A DNA stretch of 32,277 nt from an uncultured Candidatus Saccharibacteria bacterium (GCA_964454705.1 CAYVXU010000009.1:1-32277), one strand, 5' to 3'. Positions 1 through 7,420 are shown, counted from the stretch's first letter. Translations and numbers: made by a program. Notes: generated by a model from the sequence alone, not told the origin.

Positions 1-74
1 AATCAATTACTTTTATCCGCAGGAACTGTGAACAACGCGTTCAATTCCTACAACCAGTTATATCTTTTTTGCAA

Positions 75-1760
75 TTACTCACGAATACTGGTGAACTCAA
101 AGCGACCGATAATCTTCGGCACACCTCCTGCCATCCATCCGGCATACGCAAGCGAGAGGAGCAGAAACACAAGCACAGGAACCAGTGCGCCCATCTCATA
201 ATAGAGGTAGAGCGCGCCTGCGCCAAGCGCGCCGTATATAAGTGAGATAAATACAAATGCGATGCCGGGCAGCGAAGTGCCAAGCGCCTGGGGATCGTCA
301 GTATCGAAATTAGGGTATCGGGCACCGAGCCAGAGACTGAAAAAGGTAATAAGGGGTGCGGCGGTCCCCACAAGCAGGAGGTAAAGTGCGGCTCCGCCAA
401 TGGTCCAGGGAAGAATGTTCATATTGAGCAGAGCGGCGGTGAGCCCAAAGAAGAAAAAGACACCACAGAAGAAGAGTGTTTTTGCCCAGAAAAGCCCTGC
501 AAGCGGGATTGGCGCGCTTCCTATAATCCACGCGGATGAGCGTTCGGTGCTGAAGGAAGGGAATGCAAACCGCAGGGCAAGCGCACTTACAAAATAGACT
601 GCGACCAGAAGCTGAAGGGCGCTCAAGAGAGGCGGGAATTGCGCATCCGCCGCTCCCTGCCTTATCACCATGCGGGTGAGCACTCCGTTGAGCACAATCT
701 GGATAAGCCACAGCGAAAGAAGAAAACCAAGCCACCATATATTACGCGGATTCCGCACCATCACAAGAAATTCTTTTTCTCCTACCACCCCAATTTGATG
801 CCGGGAAAAATGGGGAAAACCAATTTCAACCGATTTTGAAGACCGCACATGCGCCCGGTGCGACCCTTCCTGCAGCCTTTGCCAGAGCGCAAGGTGCCAT
901 TGAGCCGAAATCATATATAACCCCGCAACGCCAAGGGTCACAAGAAGAAGTGCGCCCGCAAGCGCTCCCGCCACTGTATCCTCGCCTAGATGTACCGCAA
1001 GGAATATCCTTGCCGCAATATGTGAGGGGGTATAGGCAAAGTGATATGCTACTTCTTCTACCTGCGCAGTAACACGCTGGGTATCGATACGTATGAGCGC
1101 CTCTATTCCCGGAAATGCAAGGGAGTACCACGTAAAAAGCGATACCGCAATCCCGAGGACAAGCATAACCGCGCCAAACCATCGCCGGAGTCTCAATCTA
1201 CCTCGCCGTACCTGTGACACGAACACTAATATCTTTCCCGCGCCAATGAGCATGAACGCCACGCCGCATACCGTAGCTCCCACAAGCATGACAAGCGAGA
1301 TGAATGCGATTATACTTCCCGCCGCAGAGATTCCGAATACGCTCCGCATCGCGGCAAGGAGCGGTATCGCAATGAGCGCCAATGGCCACAGCGCTACCGC
1401 AAAGGTGCGCGTTGCCTGCAGCCACGGGAGCATGCGATGCCGGGGGGAGGCCATAATCCAAGTATCATGCGCTCGTACACTCATTGCGGTGCCGATGGTA
1501 ATAAGGCTCGAAAGAAAGACGAGATACCAGATAATAGCGAGGAAGAGTTCGTAGAGGAGAGCAGGTACTGCAAAATGGAAGTACTGGTACTCATCCTGCG
1601 CGAGGAAACGAAAGCCTGCCCGGAAAAAGAAATAGAGCCCCACTCCCACTGCGAGGCCAAGTACTCCAAATGCTCCTGCCACCGCAAGCCGCGCGCTGCG
1701 TTCATGGGTAAAGTAACGTATCGCGCGGTGTATGAATATCGCAAAAAGTTGGGAGATCAT
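75..1760 (-). CDS. Polytopic membrane protein, probable permease partner of the adjacent ABC ATPase
   Basis: 561-aa uninterrupted ORF with hydrophobic helices along its whole length. Its ATG (1758-1760) overlaps the TAA of the upstream ATPase gene (TAATG), implying translational coupling. Confidence 0.75.
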   Translation of the reverse strand: MISQLFAIFIHRAIRYFTHERSARLAVAGAFGVLGLAVGVGLYFFFRAGFRFLAQDEYQYFHFAVPALLYELFLAIIWYLVFLSSLITIGTAMSVRAHDTWIMASPRHRMLPWLQATRTFAVALWPLALIAIPLLAAMRSVFGISAAGSIIAFISLVMLVGATVCGVAFMLIGAGKILVFVSQVRRGRLRLRRWFGAVMLVLGIAVSLFTWYSLAFPGIEALIRIDTQRVTAQVEEVAYHFAYTPSHIAARIFLAVHLGEDTVAGALAGALLLVTLGVAGLYMISAQWHLALWQRLQEGSHRAHVRSSKSVEIGFPHFSRHQIGVVGEKEFLVMVRNPRNIWWLGFLLSLWLIQIVLNGVLTRMVIRQGAADAQFPPLLSALQLLVAVYFVSALALRFAFPSFSTERSSAWIIGSAPIPLAGLFWAKTLFFCGVFFFFGLTAALLNMNILPWTIGGAALYLLLVGTAAPLITFFSLWLGARYPNFDTDDPQALGTSLPGIAFVFISLIYGALGAGALYLYYEMGALVPVLVFLLLSLAYAGWMAGGVPKIIGRFEFTSIRE

Positions 1761-2485
1761 TACGAGCGAGTTAACGCAAGGTAAGCTTCATCGAGCGAGG
1801 CGTAACTCGGGAGATGTGCGGCGAGAAGAATTTCCGAAAGTGAGCCATGCGCCGTTAACCTCCCCTCGCGGAGAATGCCGATACGCGATGCAATTGCCTG
1901 GGCAACCGAGAGAGTGTGGATAGCGAGAAGAATTGTGCCCCCCTCCTTTGCGAATGACACGAACAGTTTCGAAGCAACTGCAGCGCTCGCAGGGTCAAGG
2001 CCCACCATCGGCTCGTCAATAAGAAGCAGTTTTGGTTGGTGGAGGAGTGCGGCGAGAATGGAAAATTTTTGACGGTTTCCCCGCGAGTAGTCATCGAAAT
2101 ACTGGTATGCCATGTCCTCAAGTCGGAAGAGGGCGAGCAACTCCGGAATACGCTTCGCGCTGGTCTTTCGCGGTATACCGTAAAGACTTCCTACCATCGA
2201 GAGAAATTCGAGCCCGGTCATTCCAGGCCAGATTACAGGGTCATCCGGGATATACCCCATTTTACTTTTTGCCCGTACCGGCTCTTCGGCGAGCGGCACG
2301 CGGTCTACCCGAATTGTACCTGTATGTGGATGCAGCAACCCCGCGATGCACTTTATGAGCGTTGTTTTTCCTGAACCATTCGGGCCGATAAGCGCAAATA
2401 TCTCCCCCGCCTTGAGGGAAAGCGAAACATTCTCCAGCGCCACCACCCCCCCAAATTTTTTAGTAAGCCCTTCTACGACGAGCAT
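1760..2485 (-). CDS. ABC transporter ATP-binding protein
   Basis: Walker A GPNGSGKTT, signature-like YSRGNRQK, Walker B LLLIDEP, H-loop AIHT. The first ATG is 2485 (MLVVEGLTKKF); the track start 2506 is a TTG inside the upstream repeat. Confidence 0.9.
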   Translation of the reverse strand: MLVVEGLTKKFGGVVALENVSLSLKAGEIFALIGPNGSGKTTLIKCIAGLLHPHTGTIRVDRVPLAEEPVRAKSKMGYIPDDPVIWPGMTGLEFLSMVGSLYGIPRKTSAKRIPELLALFRLEDMAYQYFDDYSRGNRQKFSILAALLHQPKLLLIDEPMVGLDPASAAVASKLFVSFAKEGGTILLAIHTLSVAQAIASRIGILREGRLTAHGSLSEILLAAHLPSYASLDEAYLALTRS

Positions 2486-2492
2486 AAAATAC

Positions 2493-2604
2493 AATTCAAA
2501 ATGCAAAAATCAAAAGTCAAAATTGTGGTAGCCGCTCCGCGGATATTTTAATACTTTTGCCTTTTGACTTGTACTTTTGCGTTTTGATTTTTGACTTTTG
2601 AGTT
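2493..2604. repeat. AT-rich imperfect palindrome, subfamily 1, copy 1
   Basis: The left end AATTCAAAATGCAAAAATCAAAAGTCAAAAT (2493-2523) is imperfectly inverted at the right end (TTTTGATTTTTGACTTTTGAG, 2582-2602). It is 29/31 identical to the left end of the copy at 5090 and starts 8 nt from the ATG at 2485. Confidence 0.8.
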
Positions 2605-2613
2605 TGAGGCGAA

Positions 2614-2680
2614 AGCTAAGTAGCTAATAAAGCTAGTAAGCTAATGAAGCTTCCTATAACCTATCACCTATAAGCTATAA
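2614..2680. repeat. Two short tandem arrays: an AGCT-core 8/9-bp unit x5, then a CCTATAA-like heptamer x4
   Basis: AGCT occurs at 2614, 2622, 2631, 2639, 2648 (spacing 8,9,8,9). CCTATAA CCTATCA CCTATAA GCTATAA occupies 2653-2680. Confidence 0.7.
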
Positions 2681-2692
2681 CCTCGTTGAAAA

Positions 2693-2878
2693 TTAGCTCG
2701 TGCATGTGCACTTTGCCTCGGCTTCATTGCATCCCGTGCATTTCGGCATGCAGTGTTCGCCGCCATGCGAGTGGTTTGGATTATGCTCTGCCGCCTCCTC
2801 ATCGCAGATATCGCATTTATATCCCTGTGCGGGCTTGCCGCATGCTGCGCAGTTTACCTCTGCCATACATTTACTCAT
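2693..2878 (-). CDS. Small Cys/His-rich putative metal-binding protein (metallothionein-like or zinc-ribbon-like)
   Basis: 61 aa with 10 Cys and 4 His: a CxxC-x8-CxxC knuckle pair, then HNPNHSHGGEHC-x3-C-x2-C-x6-CxC. It starts 12 nt after the SIMPL stop, so it is probably co-transcribed. Confidence 0.6.
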   Translation of the reverse strand: MSKCMAEVNCAACGKPAQGYKCDICDEEAAEHNPNHSHGGEHCMPKCTGCNEAEAKCTCTS

Positions 2879-2890
2879 TAAACTAATAAA

Positions 2891-3733
2891 TTATTGAATC
2901 TCATATTTAAGGGTCACGCTCACACGGATTTCCTGTGACCCGGGCTCAACAAACGGCGGCGGCGGAACACTCTTTGTATACTCTCCCCCTCCCCTGCCGA
3001 TTCCGTAATCATAGTAGGGAAGCCCGCCAAACGACTCCTCGATAGAGAGCAGTCGCCCCACTCCGAATCCGCCCGCGTTTGCAACTGCCTCTGCTTTTTC
3101 CTTTGCCTTCGCAATTGCCTCCTTCCGGGCTTCATTCTGCAGTCCGCTCGAGTCATCAACGGTAAAGGTAAGCTGCGAAACCGAGTTTGCTCCTTCTTTT
3201 ACCGCTCCGGTGAGCAGTTCTCCTACTTTTACCTTCTCAAAATTCTTCACCTTTACCTGCACGGTTTGCGAGACGGTGTAGCCGACAATATCAGGCGGGG
3301 GGCACCCGCCGCGTCCGGGAGGTGTATCGATGATTGATAGATCAGCCGTGGGTTCGCGTTGCGGATATACGATCGGCGGTGAGGTGCACGGATAGTGCTG
3401 ATATCGCGGCTCCACATTATATGCCTGGGTTTGCAGATCTTCCGCCGGTACCCCACGGTCTTTGACGAATTTGTTTATCCTATTTACCTTTTCGGTATTT
3501 TCGCCAAGAAGCTTGTTGATGTCCTTCCCTCCTTCGGTAATCACGCTAAATGAAAACCGTGCCACATCGGGCACCCAGACCTTTTTTCCCTCTCCCGTGA
3601 CAATGAAACTGCGGAACGATGAGGGTTGAATGGATTTTGAATACGACCGTACGAATGAGTGCACGGAAAGCGCGACTGCAAGGATCCCCACCACGAGCGC
3701 TCCTCCAAGCACATTTTTGAGAGTAGTGTGCAT
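2891..3733 (-). CDS. SIMPL (DUF541) domain secreted/periplasmic protein
   Basis: N-terminal signal anchor followed by the SIMPL layout (FIVTGEGKKVWVPDVARFSFSV ... EIRVSVTLKYEI). ATG 3733 is preferred over the GTG track start 3739. Confidence 0.8.
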   Translation of the reverse strand: MHTTLKNVLGGALVVGILAVALSVHSFVRSYSKSIQPSSFRSFIVTGEGKKVWVPDVARFSFSVITEGGKDINKLLGENTEKVNRINKFVKDRGVPAEDLQTQAYNVEPRYQHYPCTSPPIVYPQREPTADLSIIDTPPGRGGCPPPDIVGYTVSQTVQVKVKNFEKVKVGELLTGAVKEGANSVSQLTFTVDDSSGLQNEARKEAIAKAKEKAEAVANAGGFGVGRLLSIEESFGGLPYYDYGIGRGGGEYTKSVPPPPFVEPGSQEIRVSVTLKYEIQ

Positions 3734-3770
3734 ATACACTTATTTAGTGAATGAGATTATTTCTTTGTAT

Positions 3771-3799
3771 ATTATAGAATTTCTCTTTTGCACATGCAA
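3771..3799 (-). promoter_or_regulatory. Sigma70-like promoter for the SIMPL gene
   Basis: On the minus strand: TTGCAT (3794-3799), 17-nt spacer, TATAAT (3771-3776), about 38 nt upstream of ATG 3733. Confidence 0.7.
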
Positions 3800-3822
3800 C
3801 AAGCTCACCTTCTACCTTCGGT

Positions 3823-3952
3823 AATTTCAAATTTCAAAATCCAAATGTCAAATAAATGTGGAAAACCTCAATGTCCAATGACAAAAATCGAAGCTGCCTC
3901 TTTGGATTTTGGAAATTGGGGTTTTATTTGAAATTTGGATTTTGTCATTTGG
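3823..3952. repeat. AT-rich imperfect palindrome, subfamily 2, long copy
   Basis: About 130 bp folding around 3890-3904. Its ends match the reverse complement of the element at 31290-31378 (36/37 and 26/27 nt). Confidence 0.85.
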
Positions 3953-4025
3953 TTTTTTGAGTGTATGTAATATAGAACTGCCACGTACGTCTCCTACCAT
4001 AGCCAGGATGTATCACCTGTCACCC

Positions 4026-4045
4026 GCGCGATAAAAAGGTCGCGC
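4026..4045 (+). other. GC hairpin 24 nt upstream of the 4069 start codon
   Basis: GCGCGA-TAAAAAGG-TCGCGC followed by CTTATTCCCTTTATT. Function unknown (attenuator-like or operator-like). Confidence 0.35.
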
Positions 4046-4068
4046 CTTATTCCCTTTATTGAATATCT

Positions 4069-4596
4069 ATGCAAAAATTTGCACCCTACCTTGCAAGTGT
4101 TCTTGTGGTGAGTGCGTTTGCTGCTACGGTGGTGTTTGCGCAGACCGCAACTCCTACTCCAAGCCCTTCGCCCACACCTACCGTTTTTCCTTCTCTCGGC
4201 CCTACGCCGACTTCGACCCCTTCACCGTTCCCCACTCCTACTCCGAAACCGAAGAAGGGTGATATTACGGCGGCGAAGCGGACTTGTATCAAAGATGCTA
4301 TTGAAAAGCGGGATACTAAAATTGTGAACGCCTTCGATGCGCGCAATAGCGGGTTGCGCAACGCGCTGCTCAAGCGTAAGGATTTGTTGAAGGCGGCATG
4401 GGATAAGCCCACCCGCAATGAGATCCGCGCCGATCTTGACAAAGCCTGGAAAGAGTACGCCAAGATGAGAAAAGAGCTTCGGAAAAACTTTAGAAAAGAG
4501 CGGCTTGGCGCGTGGCAGGAGTATTTTCGGACCCGCACACGAACGTGCAGAGTGCCCGATACTACTCACAACCACGATGTAGATAATGACTTCTAG
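4069..4596 (+). CDS. Secreted protein with a PT-rich linker and a basic helical domain (hypothetical)
   Basis: Signal peptide MQKFAPYLASVLVVSAFAATVVFAQ, a TPTPSPSPTPT linker, then a Lys/Arg-rich helical region. A strong terminator follows the TAG. Confidence 0.7.
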   Translation: MQKFAPYLASVLVVSAFAATVVFAQTATPTPSPSPTPTVFPSLGPTPTSTPSPFPTPTPKPKKGDITAAKRTCIKDAIEKRDTKIVNAFDARNSGLRNALLKRKDLLKAAWDKPTRNEIRADLDKAWKEYAKMRKELRKNFRKERLGAWQEYFRTRTRTCRVPDTTHNHDVDNDF

Positions 4597-4597
4597 T

Positions 4598-4621
4598 AAA
4601 AAGCCCCTCACGGGGTTTTTT
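4598..4621. terminator. Bidirectional intrinsic terminator
   Basis: AAAAAG-CCCC-TCAC-GGGG-TTTTTT: a GC stem flanked by an A-run and a T-run. It lies between the convergent 4069 gene and the frame-corrected PspC gene (stop 4623-4625). Confidence 0.85.
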
Positions 4622-4744
4622 ACTATTGCTTGAGAATAATGAGAAGGCCAATAAGAATAATTACCCCGGGCCATATGAGATGCCACGGAAACATGAAATG
4701 CGGAAGGGTTTGGCTTGCGAGCGCGAAGGCACCTCCTGCAACAA

Positions 4745-5083
4745 TCAGCAGGCCAAAGATATTCTTCCCGCGCGAAAAAACTCTCTCGATTGCATATCCT
4801 TCGCGAATGAATGCGCTTTTTCTTTCATATTTTCTGCCATATGTCTTACCGAATCTGCAGGGTTCACTTCGCCGGGTGTGGTCATAAAGGGCTCCTCCGG
4901 AATGACGACAAGCGAGAGAAGGTACACAATAACCATAAACCCACTCGTCACAAAGAGGAGAATGAGGAATATAAACCGCACGAGCGCGGGATCTACATCA
5001 AAGTATTCTCCGAGACCCCCGGCGACCCCGCCGAGAATCCGGTTGGTACGCGAACGAAATAAGCGTTTTTGCATGTTGGACAT
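4745..5083 (-). CDS. PspC-domain membrane protein, apparently truncated by a -1 frame break (corrected model 4623..5083)
   Basis: RILGGVAGGLGEYFDVDPALVRFIFLIL matches the PspC domain consensus. The ORF stops at 4745, but the -1 frame continues from the A6 run (4775-4780) with two further TM helices to TAG 4623-4625. Confidence 0.8.
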   Translation of the reverse strand: MSNMQKRLFRSRTNRILGGVAGGLGEYFDVDPALVRFIFLILLFVTSGFMVIVYLLSLVVIPEEPFMTTPGEVNPADSVRHMAENMKEKAHSFAKDMQSREFFRAGRISLAC

Positions 5084-5089
5084 TATATT

Positions 5090-5208
5090 AATTCAAAATT
5101 CAAAAATCAAATGTCAAAATGAAAGATTAAAAATTGAAAAAGCAACGCTGCAGTATTTTTTTGGTTCTTTTTACATTTTACATTTTCATTTTGATTTTTG
5201 CATTTGAG
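5090..5208. repeat. AT-rich imperfect palindrome, subfamily 1, copy 2
   Basis: The ends (AATTCAAAATTCAAAAATCAAATGTCAAAAT ... TTTTGATTTTTGCATTTGAG) match the copy at 2493-2604. It fills the whole gap between the stop at 5209-5211 and ATG 5083. Confidence 0.8.
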
Positions 5209-6021
5209 TTAAAAAGAAACATATTCTGACAAACGGACAAATCTATACCCCTGGCTCGTGAGGTCGTCAAGAAGAAACGGTAGTACGTCGGCATCCAAAG
5301 TAGATTTATCCTGCGGGTGCGAGCCCAGATGCATAAGTATAATACCTCCCGGGCCCGCTCGCTTGCGAATGCGTTCACGGATGGTGTGAACGCTCTCCCC
5401 TCCTGATGTTCCTTTCCATCCAGCGGTATCCACGGTCCATCCGACCGCGATATACCCAAGCGACTCGATGAATGAGAGATCTTCGGGCTTGTACTCGCCG
5501 TATGGAAATCGAAAGTAAGGCGTGAGAGACCTTCCCAAGCGGGCAGCCTCATCCTCGGTTCTTTTTATTTCGCTCTGTTTTTTTTCTTCGGAGAGAGCGG
5601 GAAAGTGTGGATGCGAGTATGAGTGATTTCCCATGTCAGCAGGCACATATGCGAATATATCGCGCGTTTCAGCAGGAAATTTCTTTATGAAGTTGCCCGT
5701 GAGAAAGAACGTGCCAGGAATTCTGCGCGCGTGCAGTGTGGCTAAAATGGTTTTTACCCCCGCCGCATTTCCGCCGCCGTCAAAGGTGAGCGCAATCACA
5801 CGATCCTTGGTGGGGAGACGCGGGACATACCCTCTCACCAACTTTGGTGTGGACGCGGGAGAAGGAGAAACATCCATCGCAATACTTGGCAGAGGGGAAT
5901 CGATATTCGGCGATGCGCTCGGCTCGACAACAAATGAAATGCCACCGCGGTAGATGAAGTAGACGATTCCTGTGCCGACTATGGCGAGCAGTACAAAGAA
6001 AAACAAAAGAAAGCGGCTCAT
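5209..6021 (-). CDS. Polysaccharide deacetylase (CE4 / NodB homology domain), membrane-anchored
   Basis: Signal anchor, then LTFDGG, HSYSHP, RFPYGEY and IILMH motifs in the CE4 order. Confidence 0.9.
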   Translation of the reverse strand: MSRFLLFFFVLLAIVGTGIVYFIYRGGISFVVEPSASPNIDSPLPSIAMDVSPSPASTPKLVRGYVPRLPTKDRVIALTFDGGGNAAGVKTILATLHARRIPGTFFLTGNFIKKFPAETRDIFAYVPADMGNHSYSHPHFPALSEEKKQSEIKRTEDEAARLGRSLTPYFRFPYGEYKPEDLSFIESLGYIAVGWTVDTAGWKGTSGGESVHTIRERIRKRAGPGGIILMHLGSHPQDKSTLDADVLPFLLDDLTSQGYRFVRLSEYVSF

Positions 6022-6032
6022 TATAGAGGTCT

Positions 6033-6041
6033 ATAATACCA
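6033..6041 (-). promoter_or_regulatory. Extended -10 promoter for the deacetylase gene
   Basis: Minus strand TGGTATTAT, then 11 nt to ATG 6021. No Shine-Dalgarno sequence in between. Confidence 0.5.
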
Positions 6042-6082
6042 CATTCTCATACTCCCCGCCATCGTGACAAAACAATAAATTA

Positions 6083-6103
6083 ACTGCATGAAATACATGC
6101 AGT
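6083..6103. other. Perfect 8-bp-stem palindrome in a divergent intergenic region
   Basis: ACTGCATG-AAATA-CATGCAGT, between the deacetylase (-) and GlsB-type (+) genes. Possible operator. Confidence 0.35.
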
Positions 6104-6224
6104 ATCCCGGAAACAATGGAGTGCGCGAACCGTTATAAGAAAGACGATTGTAAAGCAACATTTGGCGTAAATTCGCGTCCTCATATATAAAGGTCGATTC
6201 TCGTTTTTATTGGTTAATTTGGTA

Positions 6225-6485
6225 ATGCTTATGGGTATTGTATTGTGGATTATTTTTGGCGCATTAGTGGGATGGATCGCGTCGTTAATTATGGAAACTG
6301 ACGCAGAGCAGGGACCGGTGCTTAACATTGTAGTAGGAGTCGTAGGGGCGCTCATTGGCGGATGGATAATGAGTCTCATCGGTCAAACAGGGATTATCGG
6401 TTTTAACATTTACAGTTTTCTTGTTGCCCTGCTCGGAGCGGTCGTACTCATCGGCATCGTAAGAGCACTCCGCACCACTACCTAG
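6225..6485 (+). CDS. GlsB/YeaQ/YmgE family (transglycosylase-associated) small membrane protein
   Basis: WIIFGALVGWIAS ... GVVGALIGGWIMSLIG is a Gly-rich TM pair typical of the family. The track start 6210 is TTG; the first ATGs are at 6225 and 6231. Confidence 0.85.
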   Translation: MLMGIVLWIIFGALVGWIASLIMETDAEQGPVLNIVVGVVGALIGGWIMSLIGQTGIIGFNIYSFLVALLGAVVLIGIVRALRTTT

Positions 6486-6535
6486 CGCCGCCCCTCTCAT
6501 GAGCGCATAACCCTGCGAAGCCATTTGCAGCAGTG

Positions 6536-6573
6536 AAAAAGGGAGCTATCAGCAGTTTGATAGTTCCCTTTGT
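6536..6573. terminator. Bidirectional intrinsic terminator
   Basis: 14-bp stem AAAGGGAGCTATCA / TGATAGTTCCCTTT (one G-T pair), loop GCAGTT, with an A-run on the left and a T-run on the right. It lies between convergent genes ending at 6485 and 6583. Confidence 0.8.
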
Positions 6574-6582
6574 GTTGGGCAA

Positions 6583-7355
6583 TTACTTCTTTGGTTTCTG
6601 GATGGGTGGAAGTTTTGGCGGGTGCTTCATAAGCGGCTTGCGGTGCATTTTCACACGCGCAAGCGCACCGCCCGGAATACCACTTCCTCCCTGGTCCCGC
6701 GGCACCGAACCCATCGGGCGCACCATCAACGCGCGCTCGACCACCTTTGTGGTGGACAGCTCACGGCGTCTCGCGAGCTCACTTTGCAGAAGCAGGTTTT
6801 TTGCCTTGACATCGGTAAGCTCCCTGCGGAGGCGCTCCACGTCTGCGCGCAGGCGGTCAGCTTCACGGCCCCTCTCGACAAGTGCAACTTCGAGCTCCGC
6901 GTGCGGCTTGCAGGAATCTTCTGCTCTTCTTCCTGCTGCGCCTCTCGGCGTGTGATATAGGCCTCCAGAAGCTCCACCACCTCCTTCGGTTCGAGCTGGA
7001 TGAGCACCTCGAGCGGGTTAACCTCTACTGTGGCTTCGCCAGGCTCTTTCTCTGTTTCCACCGAGGCAGCTTCCTCGTGTGCCTGCTTTTGCGCCCGCTC
7101 TCGCTCACCCTTTCTGAAGTCTCGATAACGTACGAGAACCTCTTCTACCGAAGCGTCAAAGAAGTCCTTTGGAACGAGTATCTGGTCCCGCCCGACTCGC
7201 GTGAGAATCCCGGCACGCACAAGTTCTGCCTGTACGGTTTTGACGGTTGCCTTAAGGAGGCCGTCCGGAACTGCAATGTGCTCCCCTGCTTTAATTACCT
7301 CATCTGGCTTCGCCAATTCGCGGAGAAACCGGATGTATTGTTCAGGAACGTGCAT
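6583..7355 (-). pseudogene. Coiled-coil protein gene split by an apparent -1 frame break (track ORFs 6726..7379 and 6583..6840)
   Basis: The frame from ATG 7355 reads plausibly to ...EAQQEEEQKIPASR and then turns into Ser/Cys/Trp-rich junk. The -1 frame, open from 7017, continues as HAELEVALVERGREADRLRADVERLRRELTDVKAKN... to TAA 6583. The SD GAGGAGGG precedes ATG 7355. Confidence 0.6.
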
Positions 7356-7391
7356 TCGGTGTTCCCTCCTCTTCTCCAATTGAGTGCAGGG

Positions 7392-7420
7392 ATTGTATCA
7401 AGTGAGATTTATTCTGTCAA
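7392..7420 (-). promoter_or_regulatory. Sigma70 consensus promoter for the coiled-coil gene
   Basis: Minus strand TTGACA (7415-7420), 17-nt spacer, TACAAT (7392-7397). This places the TSS near 7385, so the TTG track start 7379 is unlikely and ATG 7355 is preferred. Confidence 0.7.

Noticed and set aside
13-21. DnaA-box-like nonamers (TTATCCGCA at 13-21, TGTGGATAT at 26841-26849) as a sign of a replication origin.
   Set aside because: These are single, imperfect, widely separated hits with no cluster, no adjacent AT-rich unwinding element and no dnaA/dnaN nearby. This is consistent with chance.
2486-2506. N-terminal extensions of track ORFs (2486-2506, 18957-19127, 21829-21846, 26774-26827, 29668-29730, 31270-31311, 32136-32177).
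   Set aside because: They begin at TTG/GTG codons inside repeats, promoters or the neighbouring gene. They encode implausible peptides, whereas a downstream ATG gives the conserved N-terminus or a proper signal peptide.
2493-5208. The AT-rich repeats as a CRISPR array or its remnants.
   Set aside because: There is no constant direct repeat alternating with unique spacers. The copies are palindromic, kilobases apart and separated by genes, and no cas genes are present.
6533-6960. Long plus-strand ORFs opposite real minus-strand genes (6533..6955, 6622..6960, 6882..7430, 8750..9235, 9404..9796, 17968..18618, 23419..24057, 25482..25925, 4626..5207, 4222..4686 and similar).
   Set aside because: These are shadow ORFs. 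They lie antisense or out of frame to ORFs with clear domain signatures, have Arg/Ser/Cys-rich junk composition, and have no SD or promoter.
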